64,000 nt of DNA from the human T2T-CHM13v2.0 reference genome, Homo sapiens, in the NCBI RefSeq assembly GCF_009914755.1, contig NC_060937.1. One strand, written 5' to 3'. The position numbers and the translations under genes are program-made. The notes below the pieces were generated by a model. The model had not been told where the DNA came from and made no database searches. It was given only the letters and a program-made list of their open reading frames with translations. Below, in pieces: positions 1 to 13,365 of this stretch. Positions within the stretch are counted from its first letter, which is position 1, and every line of letters starts with the position of its first letter.

Positions 1-334
1 ACCAAAAGACCAAGTGTTGTTGTTTTTTATTAGCACTTGTGCCACTGAGGTTTTCTACCTGTGGGCCATGTTTCCGTTTTGCCTCTCTGTTCCCAGAAAT
101 TGTATGGCACTAGAGACCGTCATTTGTCTTGCTTTTATTTTCGATTCTATCCTTTACTCTGCTTGCTTTCTTTGTTTTTAAAAGTGAACATTTCCAGGTT
201 TCTACTCCTGGTTATTTCTCCAGCATTCTGTACATATTGACAATCAATGACCCAATCCAAGTCTTCAACAGTTACACTTATTTAGATGACTTTCCAAATT
301 TATGCCATGCCGTAAATATCTGAATATAGTTGTT

Positions 335-560
335 CAAGATTCAAGAGATGTGTCTGAGCTACCTGGATATTTCCTAGCTCAAACGCTTATCAGCTGTGTG
401 ACCTTTGGCAAGCTATTCAACCACTCATGACTTCAGTGCGTCAGCTCTAATACATGGCTAAAAATAGTACACCTACCTTATGAAGTTGCATGAGGATTAA
501 ATGACCTAATATTTGTTAATGCTTAGACAAATGTTGCATAGTTAAGTGCCATATACATGT
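335..560 (+). mobile_element. MIR SINE (degenerate)
   Basis: MIR core 'agctgtgtgacctttggcaag...gaggattaaatgac'. Confidence 0.75.
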
Positions 561-2294
561 TTTTTAAAGAAAATGAAACAAATATGAAAATTATTAGAGT
601 CTATGTAGTAAAGTGGTAGGTATGGAAGGAGAATAGGCAAGGACACAAACACAGTTTTAAGGCCAGGGAGTAGAAAAGAAGACTGTGTATGTAGAATGAA
701 TCATCTTCTACTGTGCCCAGAATTAACTGATTTTCTCATGCTTCTTACTCTGATGACTGCCTAGATTACTGTGTCTCCTCTGTCTAGATTATTCCCCAGC
801 CTCTAGCCCACCTGTTCAAAATATACAAATCCTACTCTTAAGAGATCCCTAGATGGCTTCCTGACTGAAGTGCTGTGTATTGAGATTACCATCCCTGCTT
901 CTAAAATAATTGTTTAATTAACTATTACAGTTATTTGAGTATCTTCCAGGTAATATATAAAATTTGGGAGGTGTAAAGTTCATGTCATACACAAGTTTGT
1001 CTTCCTCAGGCTCCTATCTTCCCTGTAGCTGGCACAAGTCTCATCACAGATTGCTGTAGGTCACGGAGGATGGGAGAGAGTGAATGAGAGGAAGAGAAAA
1101 GAGAGATGGAGGGAGGCTTAGTGAGTAGGGCCATCATATTTCTCTTGACAGTTCTGAAGGAGACACAACACAGCTGTTATAAGTTAGCACAGATATGAGC
1201 ATGCCAGCCAACACTTCTATGTTTTCCTAACAACTATTTATTTTTTCTCATAGAGAAATATTGGAGTCAAAGAGCCTTTAGAGTTTTTCTAGTCCAAGCC
1301 TGTACCATTTCTATTGAGGAGGCTGAGGCATGGAGCAGTGGAGTGACTGTGCAGAATCCTCCTGGGAGTCATGGAGAAGCAGGCAGCAGGAGCTCTAGAG
1401 ACTTGGATTCTCACATTGCCCTTGCTACTTGGTACCTACGTCATTTGAAAATCTCTGAGCCAATTCATTTGTTTCTACCTGTGGAACATCTGTTTAGCCT
1501 TGTAAGCAACTTAATGGGTGTTCAACAGAGAGTACCCATTTGTATTAGTGATATTATTAACCAATGCTATTGCCAACATGGGGCTCATCAAAAGTAACAC
1601 TGTTGATGCTAACTATGGCTGTCTATGTGAAAGATGGCAGATATGGGGCTGCAATCTAGGTCTTTTGATTCTTAATCTGGGGGTGTTTATTTCCCTATGT
1701 TCCTTGGTAACTTGGTACAATGTTGTGGAAGAAAGGCAGGCTACTTGTCATGAAAACCCAAAATGTCAGTGGCTTTACATAATAAGTGTATACTATTTCC
1801 CATGTTACAATCCAATACAAGGCAATGCAGAGGGGCTTCAGTCTATGTGGTCCTCTGGGGACCCAAGCACTTCTCATTTTGTCCTCTGTATCTGGCTAGA
1901 AGACCAAGAAAGATTGCTGAAGGTCACACCAGAGGTTTTGTAGAAACAAACCTGCCTAGTGGTCTACCTTATTCTAGCCTGTATTCCTCCAGCCAGAGCT
2001 TAGTCCCCTGGCTGGAGCTGACTGTAAAGAAGTGCAATATAGTTGTTTGCAAAGGAGGAAAAAGAAATTTGGTGAATAAATAAGCCGTTTATTTTACAGA
2101 TGCATTTTTTTCAAGTTTCCAAATTTAAATACAGTGTATATAAATTATCATATTTAATCCTATTCTTGGGAAAATTACAGGTGGTAGAAATTGTATTTGC
2201 CTATGTAAGGCTTTAATGCTGTTATCATACATTCTTCAAGCAGAATTCATAAAACTAGCTGCAACACATAAGATATATTAAGAACCTTTGGATA

Positions 2295-2615
2295 GGCCAG
2301 GGGCGGTGGTTCATGCCTGTAATCCCAGCACTTTGGGAGGCTGAGGTGGGCAGAGCACCTGAGGTCAGGAGTTCCAGACCAGCCTGGCCAACATGGCGAA
2401 ACCCCATCTCTACCAAAAATACAAAAATTAGCTGGGCATGGTGGTGGGCACCTGTAATCCCAGCTACTCAGGAGGCTGAGGAAGGAGATGCTTGAAACCT
2501 GGAGGAGGAGGTTGCAGTGAGTAAGACGAGATCGCGCCACTGCACACCAGCCTGGGCAACAGAGTGAGACTCTGTCTCAAAAAATAAAAAATAAAATAGA
2601 AAAGTGAAAAAAAAA
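2295..2615 (+). mobile_element. AluS (Sx/Sz-like), full length
   Basis: Dimeric Alu with 'cacctgaggtcaggagtt', A-rich tail and approximate TSD aa(g/a)aacctttgg. Confidence 0.95.
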
Positions 2616-3029
2616 ACCTTTGGGAACATGGCTTTTACTTTTCAACTTTTTTTATCATGAATAATACATGGCTTTAATGGTTTTCTCTTAGTAGGATGGT
2701 AATTCCACTGTTATATACAACAGTTTCAATGTAAATACAGAACTAAATTATTAATAAAAATGTGTATCATTTGCCCATTTTCCATTGCATTGGCCTTAAT
2801 CAAATTAGTTTCATTTATTAATTTAAAATTTTAAAATACTAACCATTAAATTAATAACTTTGCATTTCTTCAAATATCTTGTTGATTCTTCAAATCATTA
2901 TACGTATTACTCAATATAAATGTTTGTATGAATTAGAAAAATGTAGTGGAGAATATTGAAACTTGCCTAAATATCCAGAGTAACACAAGAATATCACACT
3001 AGTATTAAATAAAAAGAAAAAAAAAAGTC

Positions 3030-3330
3030 GGCCAAGCATGGTGCCTGTAATCCCAGCTCTTGGGAGGCTGAGATTGGTGGATCACTTGAACCCAGGAGTT
3101 CAAGACAAACCTGGGCAACATGGTAAAACCCCGTCTCTACAAAAAATAAAAAAAAAAAATTTTATCTGGGTGTGATTGTGCATGCCTGTAGTCCCAGCTC
3201 CTCGGGAGGCTGGCCTGGGAGGATCACCTGAACCCAGGGAGGTGGAGGCTGCACCATGATCATGTCACTACACTCTAGCCTTGATGACAGAGTAAAACTC
3301 TGTCTTGAAAATAAGAAAATAAATAATAAA
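3030..3330 (+). mobile_element. AluJ
   Basis: J-type 'gatcacttgaacccaggagttcaagac..cctgggcaacat'; diverged. Confidence 0.9.
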
Positions 3331-3629
3331 TGTAAAAGTCCATCTATAACCCAAATCTGAAAGAAATTCAAAGTGTTTCTCAGACTTTTAGATTTGTTTT
3401 AATAATAAGCAAATAGTCTCATTAGATGTATAGACAAGAAACTCACAATATCTACCTCATTCTTCAGGCAATAAAAGTTCAAATAATTTGATGAATAACT
3501 CAGGAAGTCATAAACGTTGTTCAGATAATAAGAGTTTATTTAAAATTGACAACAGTGATTTTGGAAGGAGAAAATGGAATAATTAGGGTCTTGTTAAAAG
3601 GATAATGCAATAAAGAATATTAAAGAACA

Positions 3630-4005
3630 GGGACCTAAAAAACAAAACAATTGAACTCATGGACATAGAGAGTAGAGGATGGTTACCAGAACTGGGAAGA
3701 ATTATTGTGGGAGAATTGCAGGGGGAGATGGGGATGGTTAATGGGTACAAAAAAAAAGTAGAATGAATAAAACCTCCTATTTGATAGCACAATAGGGTAA
3801 CTATAGTCAATAATAACTTAATTCTACATTTTAAAATAACTTAGAGTGTAATTGAGTTGTTTGTAACTCAAAGGATAAATGCCTGAGAAGATGGATAACC
3901 CATTTTCCATAGTGTGCTTATTTCACATTGCTTGCCTGTATCAAAACATCTCATGTACCCCATAAATATATATAACTACTATCTAATCACAACAATTTAA
4001 AAAAT
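3630..4005 (+). mobile_element. L1MA-type (L1MA2-like) 3' end fragment
   Basis: 'aattgaactcatggacatagagagtag...catctcatgtaccccataaatatata' L1MA 3' UTR followed by A-tail. Confidence 0.85.
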
Positions 4006-4810
4006 AGAAGAAACAGAAAGGGAATTCTATGTAGAGATATCATTTTATATAAATATACCTATAGTTGCATAAATATATCAAATAGTTTTACTAGTGGTCC
4101 TGTAAGAGTGATTTTCATTAAAATCTTATGTTGTTATAATTTTCTTTTTAGAATCTCAAAGAATTATAAAATAAGATAGAATTATCCTTTATTAAGGCAA
4201 CACTAAAATACTTAAAATCTTAAAAAGAAATGGAAATGATACTTATAAAATACCCTAAAATATAATTTGATAATAAAGAAAGATATTTGCTGTGAGAACA
4301 AAATGCCTTATTCAGGTTTATTTCAAGAACATACTATTTGGATTGTGTAAAGATGTTAATTTCTTAATAAAAAAACTTCTTTTACATATTATATTGCCTT
4401 TATTTTTATGCAGCCAGGGGCCAAAATACTTTGTTAATACTTCATAAAAGCCACTGTTCAGTGAGTTATAAAAATAATGGGATAACTGTTCGAGTTTCTT
4501 TTAACCAGCATAGTTCTCTCATTACCCACCTCTGAGGTATTTATTTTTGTCACTGAAACACTCTATCAACCAAGGAATGCCCATTAATCCACTTCACAAC
4601 CTCAATAGTTTTATTCTTTTTGAATCAATGAGGCAAATCTGCATTACATGTTAGTAGTTATGCATGGACTTAGGCTAAGTAACCTATTTATCGATGTTCT
4701 CTATCAACTGCTTCGTACTATGGGTTTCATTTTTTAAAAAATTTAAATTATAAAAATACAAATGAGTACAAGGACATTGTAAAAATGCAAATTTTTTTTG
4801 TACTGTCAGC

Positions 4811-5250
4811 TTTTTACATTTATTTTTATTTTTATAATACTTTAAGTTCTAGGGTACATGTGCACAACATGCAGGTTTGTTACATATGTATACATGTGCC
4901 ATGTTGGTGTGCTGAACCCATTAACTCATCATTTACATTAGGTATATCCCCTAATGCTATCCCTCCCTCCTCCCCCCACCCCACAACAGGCTCTGGTGTA
5001 TATGATGTTCCCCTTCCTGTGTCCAAGTGTTCTCATTGTTCAATTCCCACCTATGAGTGAGAACATGCGGTGTTTGGTTTTTTGTCCTTGCGATAGTTTG
5101 CTGAGAATCATGGTTTCCAGCTTCATCCATGTCCATACAAAAGGACATGAACTCATCCTTTTTTATGGCTCCATAGTATTCCATGGTGTATATGAGCCAC
5201 ATTTTCTTAATCCAATCTATCACTGATGGACATTTGGGTTGGTTCCAAGT
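4811..5250 (-). mobile_element. 5'-truncated L1PA (PA4-6-like) 3' end
   Basis: 'actttaagttctagggtacatgtgcacaac' 3' UTR; ORF2 C-terminal peptide WIKKMW.IYTMEYY.AIKKDEF; 20-bp TSD at 4780-4799 and 5298-5317. Confidence 0.95.
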
Positions 5251-5356
5251 AAGGTGGTTTCATAAACTGTTGCTTTGTTTCATACTTAAAAAAAAAATAA
5301 AAATGCAAATCTTTTTTAAAAGTATGAAACAAAGCAACAGTTTATGAAACCGCCTT
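5251..5356. repeat. Inverted repeat, 37-bp arms (36/37 match)
   Basis: 5251-5287 is the reverse complement of 5320-5356 with one mismatch. Confidence 0.95.
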
Positions 5357-5400
5357 CTATAGCTCAAACATTTTTTAGTATTTTCAGTTCTTCTGAAAAC

Positions 5401-5677
5401 AGTCATTAATAATCAATATTTGCTCATCGATTTATTCTCTTTTTACAAAGATGAAGATTTTGTTTATCAATATTAACCCCCACCCAACTCTCTCACCTTC
5501 TTTCCAATCATTATTCATGGAAATGAGGTGAGAGTTGGGCATCCTCAGGACCATATGCTAAGACGGTACTAGTCATGAATAATCAATATTTGATCATCTA
5601 TTTGTTCTCTTTTCTAAAAGATGAAGATTTAGTGTATCCAGACTAAACCTTACCCAAATCTCCATCTCCTTTCAAAT
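5401..5677. repeat. Diverged ~107-bp direct duplication, period 170 bp
   Basis: 5401-5508 aligns to 5571-5677 ('agtcat.aataatcaatatttg.tcatc...aaagatgaagattt'). Confidence 0.85.
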
Positions 5678-6379
5678 ACAAATTTTAAAATTACTATTCT
5701 TAATATTCCATTGGTTACTAATTATTAAAATTATAGGCTTAAACTTGTACTTCTTGTCCCATTAAACCCAGGCCTTTTCTCTAGACTTCCTGTTGTGTAA
5801 ATGAGGATATTAGGACCCCTATGATTTCTACCACATTTAATCAATGATCAATAGTATGAGTGATATCTTTATATTACCTAATTAATGCCTTTCAGATTAT
5901 TTTCTTCTCTTTTTGCTTATAAATTGATTCTAAAACTTGAAAAGCATTATTATTTACTTTCTAATTATGAAAACACTGCTCCCTACAACACTAATTGGTA
6001 TGTCATGATTAGATGTCCTTTTCTGTTTGTCTAATATCATAAACTTTGTGAAGCTTAAGGAGTCTATTTCCAACATCAGGTTCATACAGACTTTCTTTTC
6101 TCAGATTTCATCAATTGATCAAAACTATTCTTTATTTTTTAGTTTGACTAATATTAGGTAAAATTAATTTTTCATTTTATTTTTTGTTTTCATTAAGAAA
6201 TTACATATTCTGCAATGAGTATCTCTTGAGTGGAATGCATTGTACCTTCTCATGAGGATATTTATCATCATAGCTCACTGACTTTCTGTTCTAATTAGAA
6301 CCAGCATCTTTCTAGGAAAGCTGGGTAGGTGTCTTTTGGAAATTCTTTGATATTGCAGTTTCTTATATCCCATGTTTTT

Positions 6380-6900
6380 CTCCTTCCTCAAAAAAAGATA
6401 TGAGGAGTAAACTATATATTCTTATATATTAAAATTCCTTTATTATGATCTTATGCTTAATAGATAGCTTATATAAGAATAGTTTGAATAAGAATAGTTT
6501 AAAAATTATTCTTAGAAACTTTACAGCATGCAATGTTGCTGATTTCAAGTTCGAAGCCATCTTCATCCTAACTTCTTTGTATCTGTGTTATATTTTTTAC
6601 AATAGAAGTGTTTAAATCATTTATTTCCTGATATTGTACAAGATTGAACCTAGAATTCATCCTTTTTACATTCTTTGGGCCCTTTCAATTTGAAGACATA
6701 GTCTTTACTGTTGAGAAATACTTTTCTACTTTTAAAGTCTTCTATCCTCTGTTTATTCTCTCTCTGAAACATTTGTTAATTGGATGTTGGACATCTTTGG
6801 TGGTTGAGCCTTTGCCTCTTCTCTTTCTTTTAATTTACAATAGCTTTTTTCTTATTCTCTGACAGTTTCATTTTTTGGTAGCATTTTCCCATATGGTCCT
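6380..6900 (-). mobile_element. Ancient L1ME/HAL1-like fragment
   Basis: T-rich degenerate sequence with 'gggccctttcaatttgaagac' and 'aatgttgctga' resembling antisense old L1 ORF1 region. Confidence 0.5.
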
Positions 6901-7231
6901 GAGGATACCAATGAGTGTTGGTTTATTTGTTTTGCTTTGTTGTATTTCATGTATTGCATTTGCTTCTTTAGGGTGCAGTGTTTTTTTGTTTGTTTGGTTG
7001 GTTGGTTTCTGTCATTATTGTTTTACTGTATAGTCTTGATCACTCACTTTCCTGTTGCTGTTTGTTTCTTTTGTATGTATGGAGACCAGAAGCTGTCTAT
7101 TAGTATTTTATAATTATAGAATTGGATTAATTATTCTGAGCAGCAGCTAGGTTGAGTTTCTTCTGTTATATACGAGAGTTTGTTAAAATAATAGGCTTTA
7201 TTTCTTTCAAAGAGGCTGACTAGAGCTCTGT

Positions 7232-7719
7232 TGAGCTAGAAGGCGGAACTCAACTCCAGAGGCAGGGCTCAGACATAGGACTAGAATGAGGACTAGCTAA
7301 AACAGAGTCAGGGCGATAGGAGCTTTCAATCAGACATGCCCACCATTGTGCCATGTCAATTTACTGTTGCCACAACAATACCCAGATGTTACTGCTCCTA
7401 TCATTGACAATGACTCAATGACTCAAAATTTTCTATCCCTTCCCTAGAAAATTCTGCATAAACCAGCTTTTAATCTGCATGAAATTAAAAGTGGGTATAA
7501 TTATGACTGCAAAACTGTCCTGAGCTGCTGCTCTCTGCTTATGGAGTAGTCCTGCTCTGGAGGAGCAGTCAGGAAGCTGTAATACCTTGGAGCTGTAACA
7601 CTGCCACTTCAATAAAGCTGTTTTCTTTTGCCTCTGGTTTACCCTTGAATTCTTTCCTGGGCAAAGCCAAGAACCCTCATGGGCTAAGCTCCACTTTGAA
7701 ACTTGCCTGCCCTGCATCA
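7232..7719 (+). mobile_element. Solo ERV1 LTR (MER66-like)
   Basis: TG...CA termini, 4-bp TSD CTGT (7228-7231, 7720-7723), TATA-like 'gggtataat' and AATAAA near 7611. Confidence 0.85.
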
Positions 7720-9189
7720 CTGTGAGGGGATAAGGCTCTCAATTTTAAGGTTTTACTTGGGGATAAGTGGGGAGTAAGTAGTCAACTGCTTAGAAATGTG
7801 ATTTTTTTTTTTTTTGATAACTAAAATTTTATACTGGGGATTATCTCCTATTTCGTGCTTCCCATTTGGCCATTTCTAAACTTAGACTTATAATACAGAG
7901 CATGAGGAAACTTCCAACAATTTGTCCCCTTTATCCCTAAGGAAGATTCCTATACCTTATGAATCCTTGTTTCCATGAACCAAGTTTATTTAGGTAATGT
8001 AGAAGAAAAACTCAAAAGCAAATAAATCTTCTACCACTCTCTTTTAATAGTTTAGTCATGCTACTTCCAAAGTGAAGTTGTAAGATCCAGATTCATCATC
8101 CATTCTCAGTTCATGTGTTCTGGTAAAGATCTATCCTTAAGTCTAGGAAGAGATTACATGACTTAAATCTCAATTGATTAATTAATCCTATTTCCCTGGC
8201 CACACATGATTCTTTACATGGTAAGCAAGTTTTATCTATATGAGAAAAATTTAAAATCAATTATATATACAAAAATCAATTCCAGGCAGATAGAACCCAG
8301 GATGTGTACAGATCAATTATATTTGTCATGTTTTCTTTCTTAAACTAGGTTTTTATTTAAATGTGCTCTTGATGAATTAAACAAGAAAAAAGAGATAATT
8401 AATCTGATCTGGATGATGTCATTTGAGCGTCCATGTCCAAATGAGCCCAAAGACAGTCCTAGTCCCGTGGGCAGATTGTGCATTTTTGCATTGTCAGTTG
8501 TAAGAGAAGAAGTGCCAGCTTATACCAGCAGGTACTCTTATTATGGGCATGTTGTAGTTAAAAATTATAGATTTAAATTTGGAATTGGAAAATGCAGACT
8601 GTCTGACACTGGATATTGAGATTTTGTAGGCACTTAATATCAGGCAGAGCAGCTTCTGTGAGGATAAGTCCCAAATGGAGATCTCTAAACTTTCCTTAGA
8701 CAGAAGCTGAAGAACAAGTAAAGTTTTGCAGTTCTCAGAAACCTTGTTAAAATCTTATCAGATGAGCAATGTGGAAATTCACATACTAACTTCTTTTCTG
8801 TGTGTGTGTTTTAAATTTGATACTTGTATTGCATTTTCTTTAACTGCTATGAATGGCTGCTCTAATGGAAGGACTGACGCTTGTAGTCCAATGACTTTTT
8901 TAGAGTCCAGAAAGATTCCTTCCAACTGCATTATATATTCTGTCCCAAAGGTGTAAGTCTCTGGTATTTCCAGCTTCTTCAACTTGTATCACTGCATTGT
9001 GTAAGCAAAATCATTATTATGATTTTTGAAAAGTATTTGACAAGCATTCCAGGTTATTCATGATTCTTTTTATGTTAAGCTTATTTTTTTTAATGATCAG
9101 GGGTGACTTCGACTAAGAGAAACATTAACACAGCATTATATCATAATATTCCAAATGTTTATATGAATGGTTTATTGATGTTCTCAGAT

Positions 9190-9292
9190 CCTACTTTGAA
9201 TCTCTAAATTAGAGCCTTTGGGGATATAGCCTAGAAATGTGTACTTTTAAAAATCTCCCTAGATAATTCTAATCATAAGCCATGTTTAAGAA
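9190..9292. mobile_element. MER5-like hAT fragment
   Basis: 'cctagaaatgtgtacttttaaaaatctccctagataattctaat' resembles MER5A. Confidence 0.55.
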
Positions 9293-10469
9293 AGGAGGGG
9301 AAAAGAAAGGTTAAATGATTTACATCACCAGTCATATTTAGACTTCTGATTATTGCTTTATATTTCACTTTTACTTGCATATTGATTTTATGTTGATTAG
9401 CTTATTTATTTGCATTGCTTGATTACAAGGTATATCATTGCTTACATTGATTTGCTCTACTGTGCCATATGAGTAGAAGATTAATTTAGTTTTTTGAGTA
9501 GTCATAAACTTCAACTCATCAATATGCGTGTATGTGTATGTGTGTGTGTATATATATATAGTTATAAGCAACATTTTTTTTCACAACTCATAACTAGTGA
9601 TCAGCATTTGCTATTTTTATTTCTCTAGTAAAATACTTTTATTATTTAAGAAACTGAAGCAGGGTCTAGATAAGTGCAGCTGAACCAGATGCAGCTGAGA
9701 TATTTAGACTTAAGAACATAAAAAAATTACAGTTATTCAGACCAAAGGTACAGATATTTTCTATCTGTGACAGGGGCATCAGATTTATTGAGATTATTGA
9801 GTGCTAGTTCTTTATGACATGAACCTCTAGACTTACAGGAAAGATTCTGAACTTTCTTCTTTGTTAAATACTAGTTATGGACTAAATTTTCTCATATATT
9901 TTACAAATTTATCTTAATGTGTTTCTACTTCCTTGATCATCTGCTCTGCATTCTTAATGAATTTTATATTTTTATTACTTGGTAAAATAATAGGGCCTGA
10001 TTTTCACTCAAATTTGTTTTCTACAGCTTCAAGAATTTTTCCCTCGTGTAAATTTCCTGGATATTTGTGCACATTTGTGTTCACTTTAGTTATACAATAA
10101 TGATCATATAAACAAAGATATAGCCTTTTCAGACATTGTATGGATAAAACTGTTTAGCAATGGAAGCTACTGCATCTCTTTGGCTATTTTAATTTTCTCT
10201 TCTGTGGATCTTTCTAAATCATATACTTTCTCATTAAAACACTCAATTAGCAGATGAATTACATTTTTTCTATAAGATTTATACTTCCGGTTTTATTTTC
10301 TATGCCTCTCATAATAAAAATTATTAATAAATTTATGAACATCCTATATTTTCAACATATTTATTAGGAAACCAACTGGCTATGATTTTTGCCTTTTAAA
10401 ACTCTTAGTAGAAGACCATGGTAAAGAATCTAAAAAGTTATTTCTTGACCAGGAAAAGAACCCTTCACT

Positions 10470-11340
10470 TATTCGCCATTCAATATGTGTCTTTTGAGTG
10501 TCTAATGTGTGTCAGGCACTGTTATGGGTGCTGGAAATATAATGGTGAGGAGAAAACTCTGTCTTCATTGAGCTTGCATTCTATGTGTGTAAGAGATGAA
10601 AAATAAACTAAATCAGGAAGTGTATCCTATGAAAGATAATGATATTCATTAAGGAGAAAAAATAAAGTCGATAAAGGGTGATGTGAAATGTTGAAGGGAA
10701 ATTAAGTAGGTGCCAGAGGCTTCCGAGAGATGACTTTGAGTAAAGGCATAAAGCAAGATGCGAGGGAACTGACCACATGGCTATCTGAATAAAGAACTCT
10801 CCATGCAGTGAAGAACATGGGCGAATACCCTGGAATTGGAGCATGCAGAGCTTGTTTGAGCAACAGTGAGGGGTTAGTAGGGTCTGAGCAGAGAGAATGG
10901 AGGAGTAGAAGAAAGTAAGGTCAGAGAAGTTACAGGGAATCATATCACATTAAGCCTTCTAGGTAATATGAAAATTTTGTCCTTTGTTCTGATGAGAGGA
11001 GAGATCATTGGAGGATTTTGAGCAAAACATAGTCTGAACTATTTTGAACAGCATTAGCCTACAGTCGCACTCAGACAAGACTTCAGACTTCATAGGCAAG
11101 GAGAGCAGCAGGAAGAGAAGTGTCCAGTCTATTGCTTTAAGTGATGATGTCTTGGACAAAGGGAGTGGCAATAGAGTAAGATACAGTTAGAATCTGAGTG
11201 TACTTTAAAAGTAGAACCAGTGGACTCTTTGAAAGAGAAAAGGAGAGGTTTAAAGGAATTTAGAGACAAATTGCAAAAACCAAGATAAGAAAGACTGCAG
11301 AAACTACTGATTTAGAAGAAAATTTAAAGAGTTGCTGTGT
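10470..11340 (-). mobile_element. L2 LINE 3' region
   Basis: Antisense L2 tail 'tgagtgtctaatgtgtgtcaggcactg' then purine-rich L2 body ('cattggaggattttgagca'). Confidence 0.8.
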
Positions 11341-12599
11341 TCAAATCATAGCATAACTATAACTATAATATAGCATAACTATAATATAGTGGGCAGTTTT
11401 AAACTGAGAGTAGAATTCTATTCTACAGATGCTTGTTGGAATGTAGTTTCTGTTAGAATGTAGGTCTAAGCAGAGTCATCAAAAAGTGAACCGAAGACTT
11501 ACTATTAGGCTAGATATTACTAATATTAAGATTTCAAATCAGTTTCTAGTGTTCCTGGACATGACCTGAAGATATTTTGGAGGGCTTCTTTTCATATCCA
11601 TGTACCTCCAATCTGATGTGAAAAGCCCTTCCTCAGACTCATGCCATAGCTGCCCAGGAGAGGGAGCCTATGCAAGTCTTTAATATACTCTGAGACCCTT
11701 TCATGAGTGGCAGCTAAGCTGCACTCCTTGAGGAGGGCTTGTGCTGGCTGCAGAGCTCCTATGCTCTTTTAGGCTTGGAAGGAGCATCTGCTCTACTGCT
11801 ATAGATTCTTGAACCATCTAAGAATTTCTCATGAAACTTCTGTTGCTGACACCAGCCACATTCACCAGAATTCTCAAGGCTGTGTTGGCTGCCATTAGCC
11901 TTATTTCAAACCATACCAAGTATGCTAATATATCAGGCAGCATTCTGTCTCCTCCTACAATATTTTAGTATCAAAACTTCATACATCAATATTTTCCTTT
12001 CACATAAGAATGTATTTTATATCTCCTTTAGGTCTTTTTTTTGTTGTTGATGTGCAAATGTTAATCTTTAGGAGTTTTGGCTTCACATATATAAACGGGC
12101 TCTGGGTAAATGCAAGAAAGAAGTTTAAGTACTGTACGCAGGTATCCCAGAGGATTAAAGGGAGCTGAATGCTAAAGAGCAGGTTCACCAGGGAAAGGAA
12201 TCTCACAGCTTGGGCAATGCAGGCAGTGGGATAAAGTAGTGCTTCTCGTGGGTCACAGCTGGGGTAAGTGACCTCCAATTGTTTTTAGTTTGTTGTCTGT
12301 CTTCTCAAGATTCCAAATATCAGAAAAAGAACACCCAATTTATTGGATGGGTCAATCTTATGTCTACTCATTGAACACATAACTGACATTTGCCCACCAA
12401 AATGTAATTAAAGCAGTAGCGTTATCAGAAAAAGGAGGAATAAAAGCTGAAAAGCCAATGAATACCACCAGTGTCTACTACAAGGAATATTTTGAATTAG
12501 AGAAGGAAAGAATTAGTAGTAAACATTATTGACAGCTCCTTGAAAAGAATTATCTAGTAGATCAGAATATTTACAGTTCTACTTTATACCAATATAAAT

Positions 12600-13100
12600 T
12601 TCAGAAGAAATAAAAAATGAAGTGTAAGGATTAAAAAAATAAGAATAAGGAAAGGCATTCAATACAAAGTTAAAATCAAAGAAAAAATCAAATAAAAATA
12701 AGACTGGCAGATTTTATTGTTTTAAAAATGAGGATTCTATTTGTCAAAAAGGACCAGAATCATTAGGAGGCATATTATAAGTTTGGGAAATTCATAATAT
12801 ACTTAGCAAACAGAGTTAATACTTCTAATAGCCTCTACAAATCAATGTAAAAAAAGGTGAACACCCCAATAGATATATGAGGAAAGAACTTTAATTGACA
12901 TTTTACAAAAGAAGAAATGTAAATGGCCAAAGAACATGTGAAAATAAATCCAGTCTCACCAGCATTCAAAGAAATAAAATGAAAATTGCTATGAGATGCC
13001 ATTTTCGCCTACTAAATTGTCAATGATATTAAAAATCATTATACCAAGTATTTAGGACAGTACATGGAAACAGGAGCTTTCAAGATAAATGGTTAAGGGC
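12600..13100 (+). mobile_element. Old L1M(E) ORF2 3' fragment
   Basis: 'acaaaagaagaaatgtaaatggccaaagaacatgtgaaa...atgagatgccatttt'. Confidence 0.7.
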
Positions 13101-13128
13101 TTCCTGGGCTGACTGTAAGAACTGTACC

Positions 13129-13365
13129 TTTTTTTTTTTAACTTTAATTTCCAGGATACAAATGCAGAATGTTTAGGTTTGTTACATAGGTATATGTGTG
13201 CCATGGTGGTTTGCTGCACCTATCAACCTGTCATCTAGGTTTTAAGCCCCACATCCATTAGTATTTTTCCCCTCGCCGCCCATCCCAACTGGCCCTGGTG
13301 TGTGTTGTTCCCCTTCCTGTGTCCATGTGTTCTCATTGTTCAACTGCCACTTATGAGAACATACA
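13129..13365 (-). mobile_element. L1PA (PA8-10-like) short 3' end
   Basis: Poly-T then 'ggtttgttacataggtatatgtgtgccatggtggtttgctgcacc'. Confidence 0.9.

Noticed and set aside
1518-2083. 141-aa and 106-aa ORFs
   Set aside because: No recognisable domain or supporting splice structure; lengths are compatible with chance.
2247-2540. Alu-derived ORFs (also 19221-19547, 23153-23439, 32267-32632, 53638-53868)
   Set aside because: Typical Alu translation artefacts (e.g. [10 protein letters not shown]).
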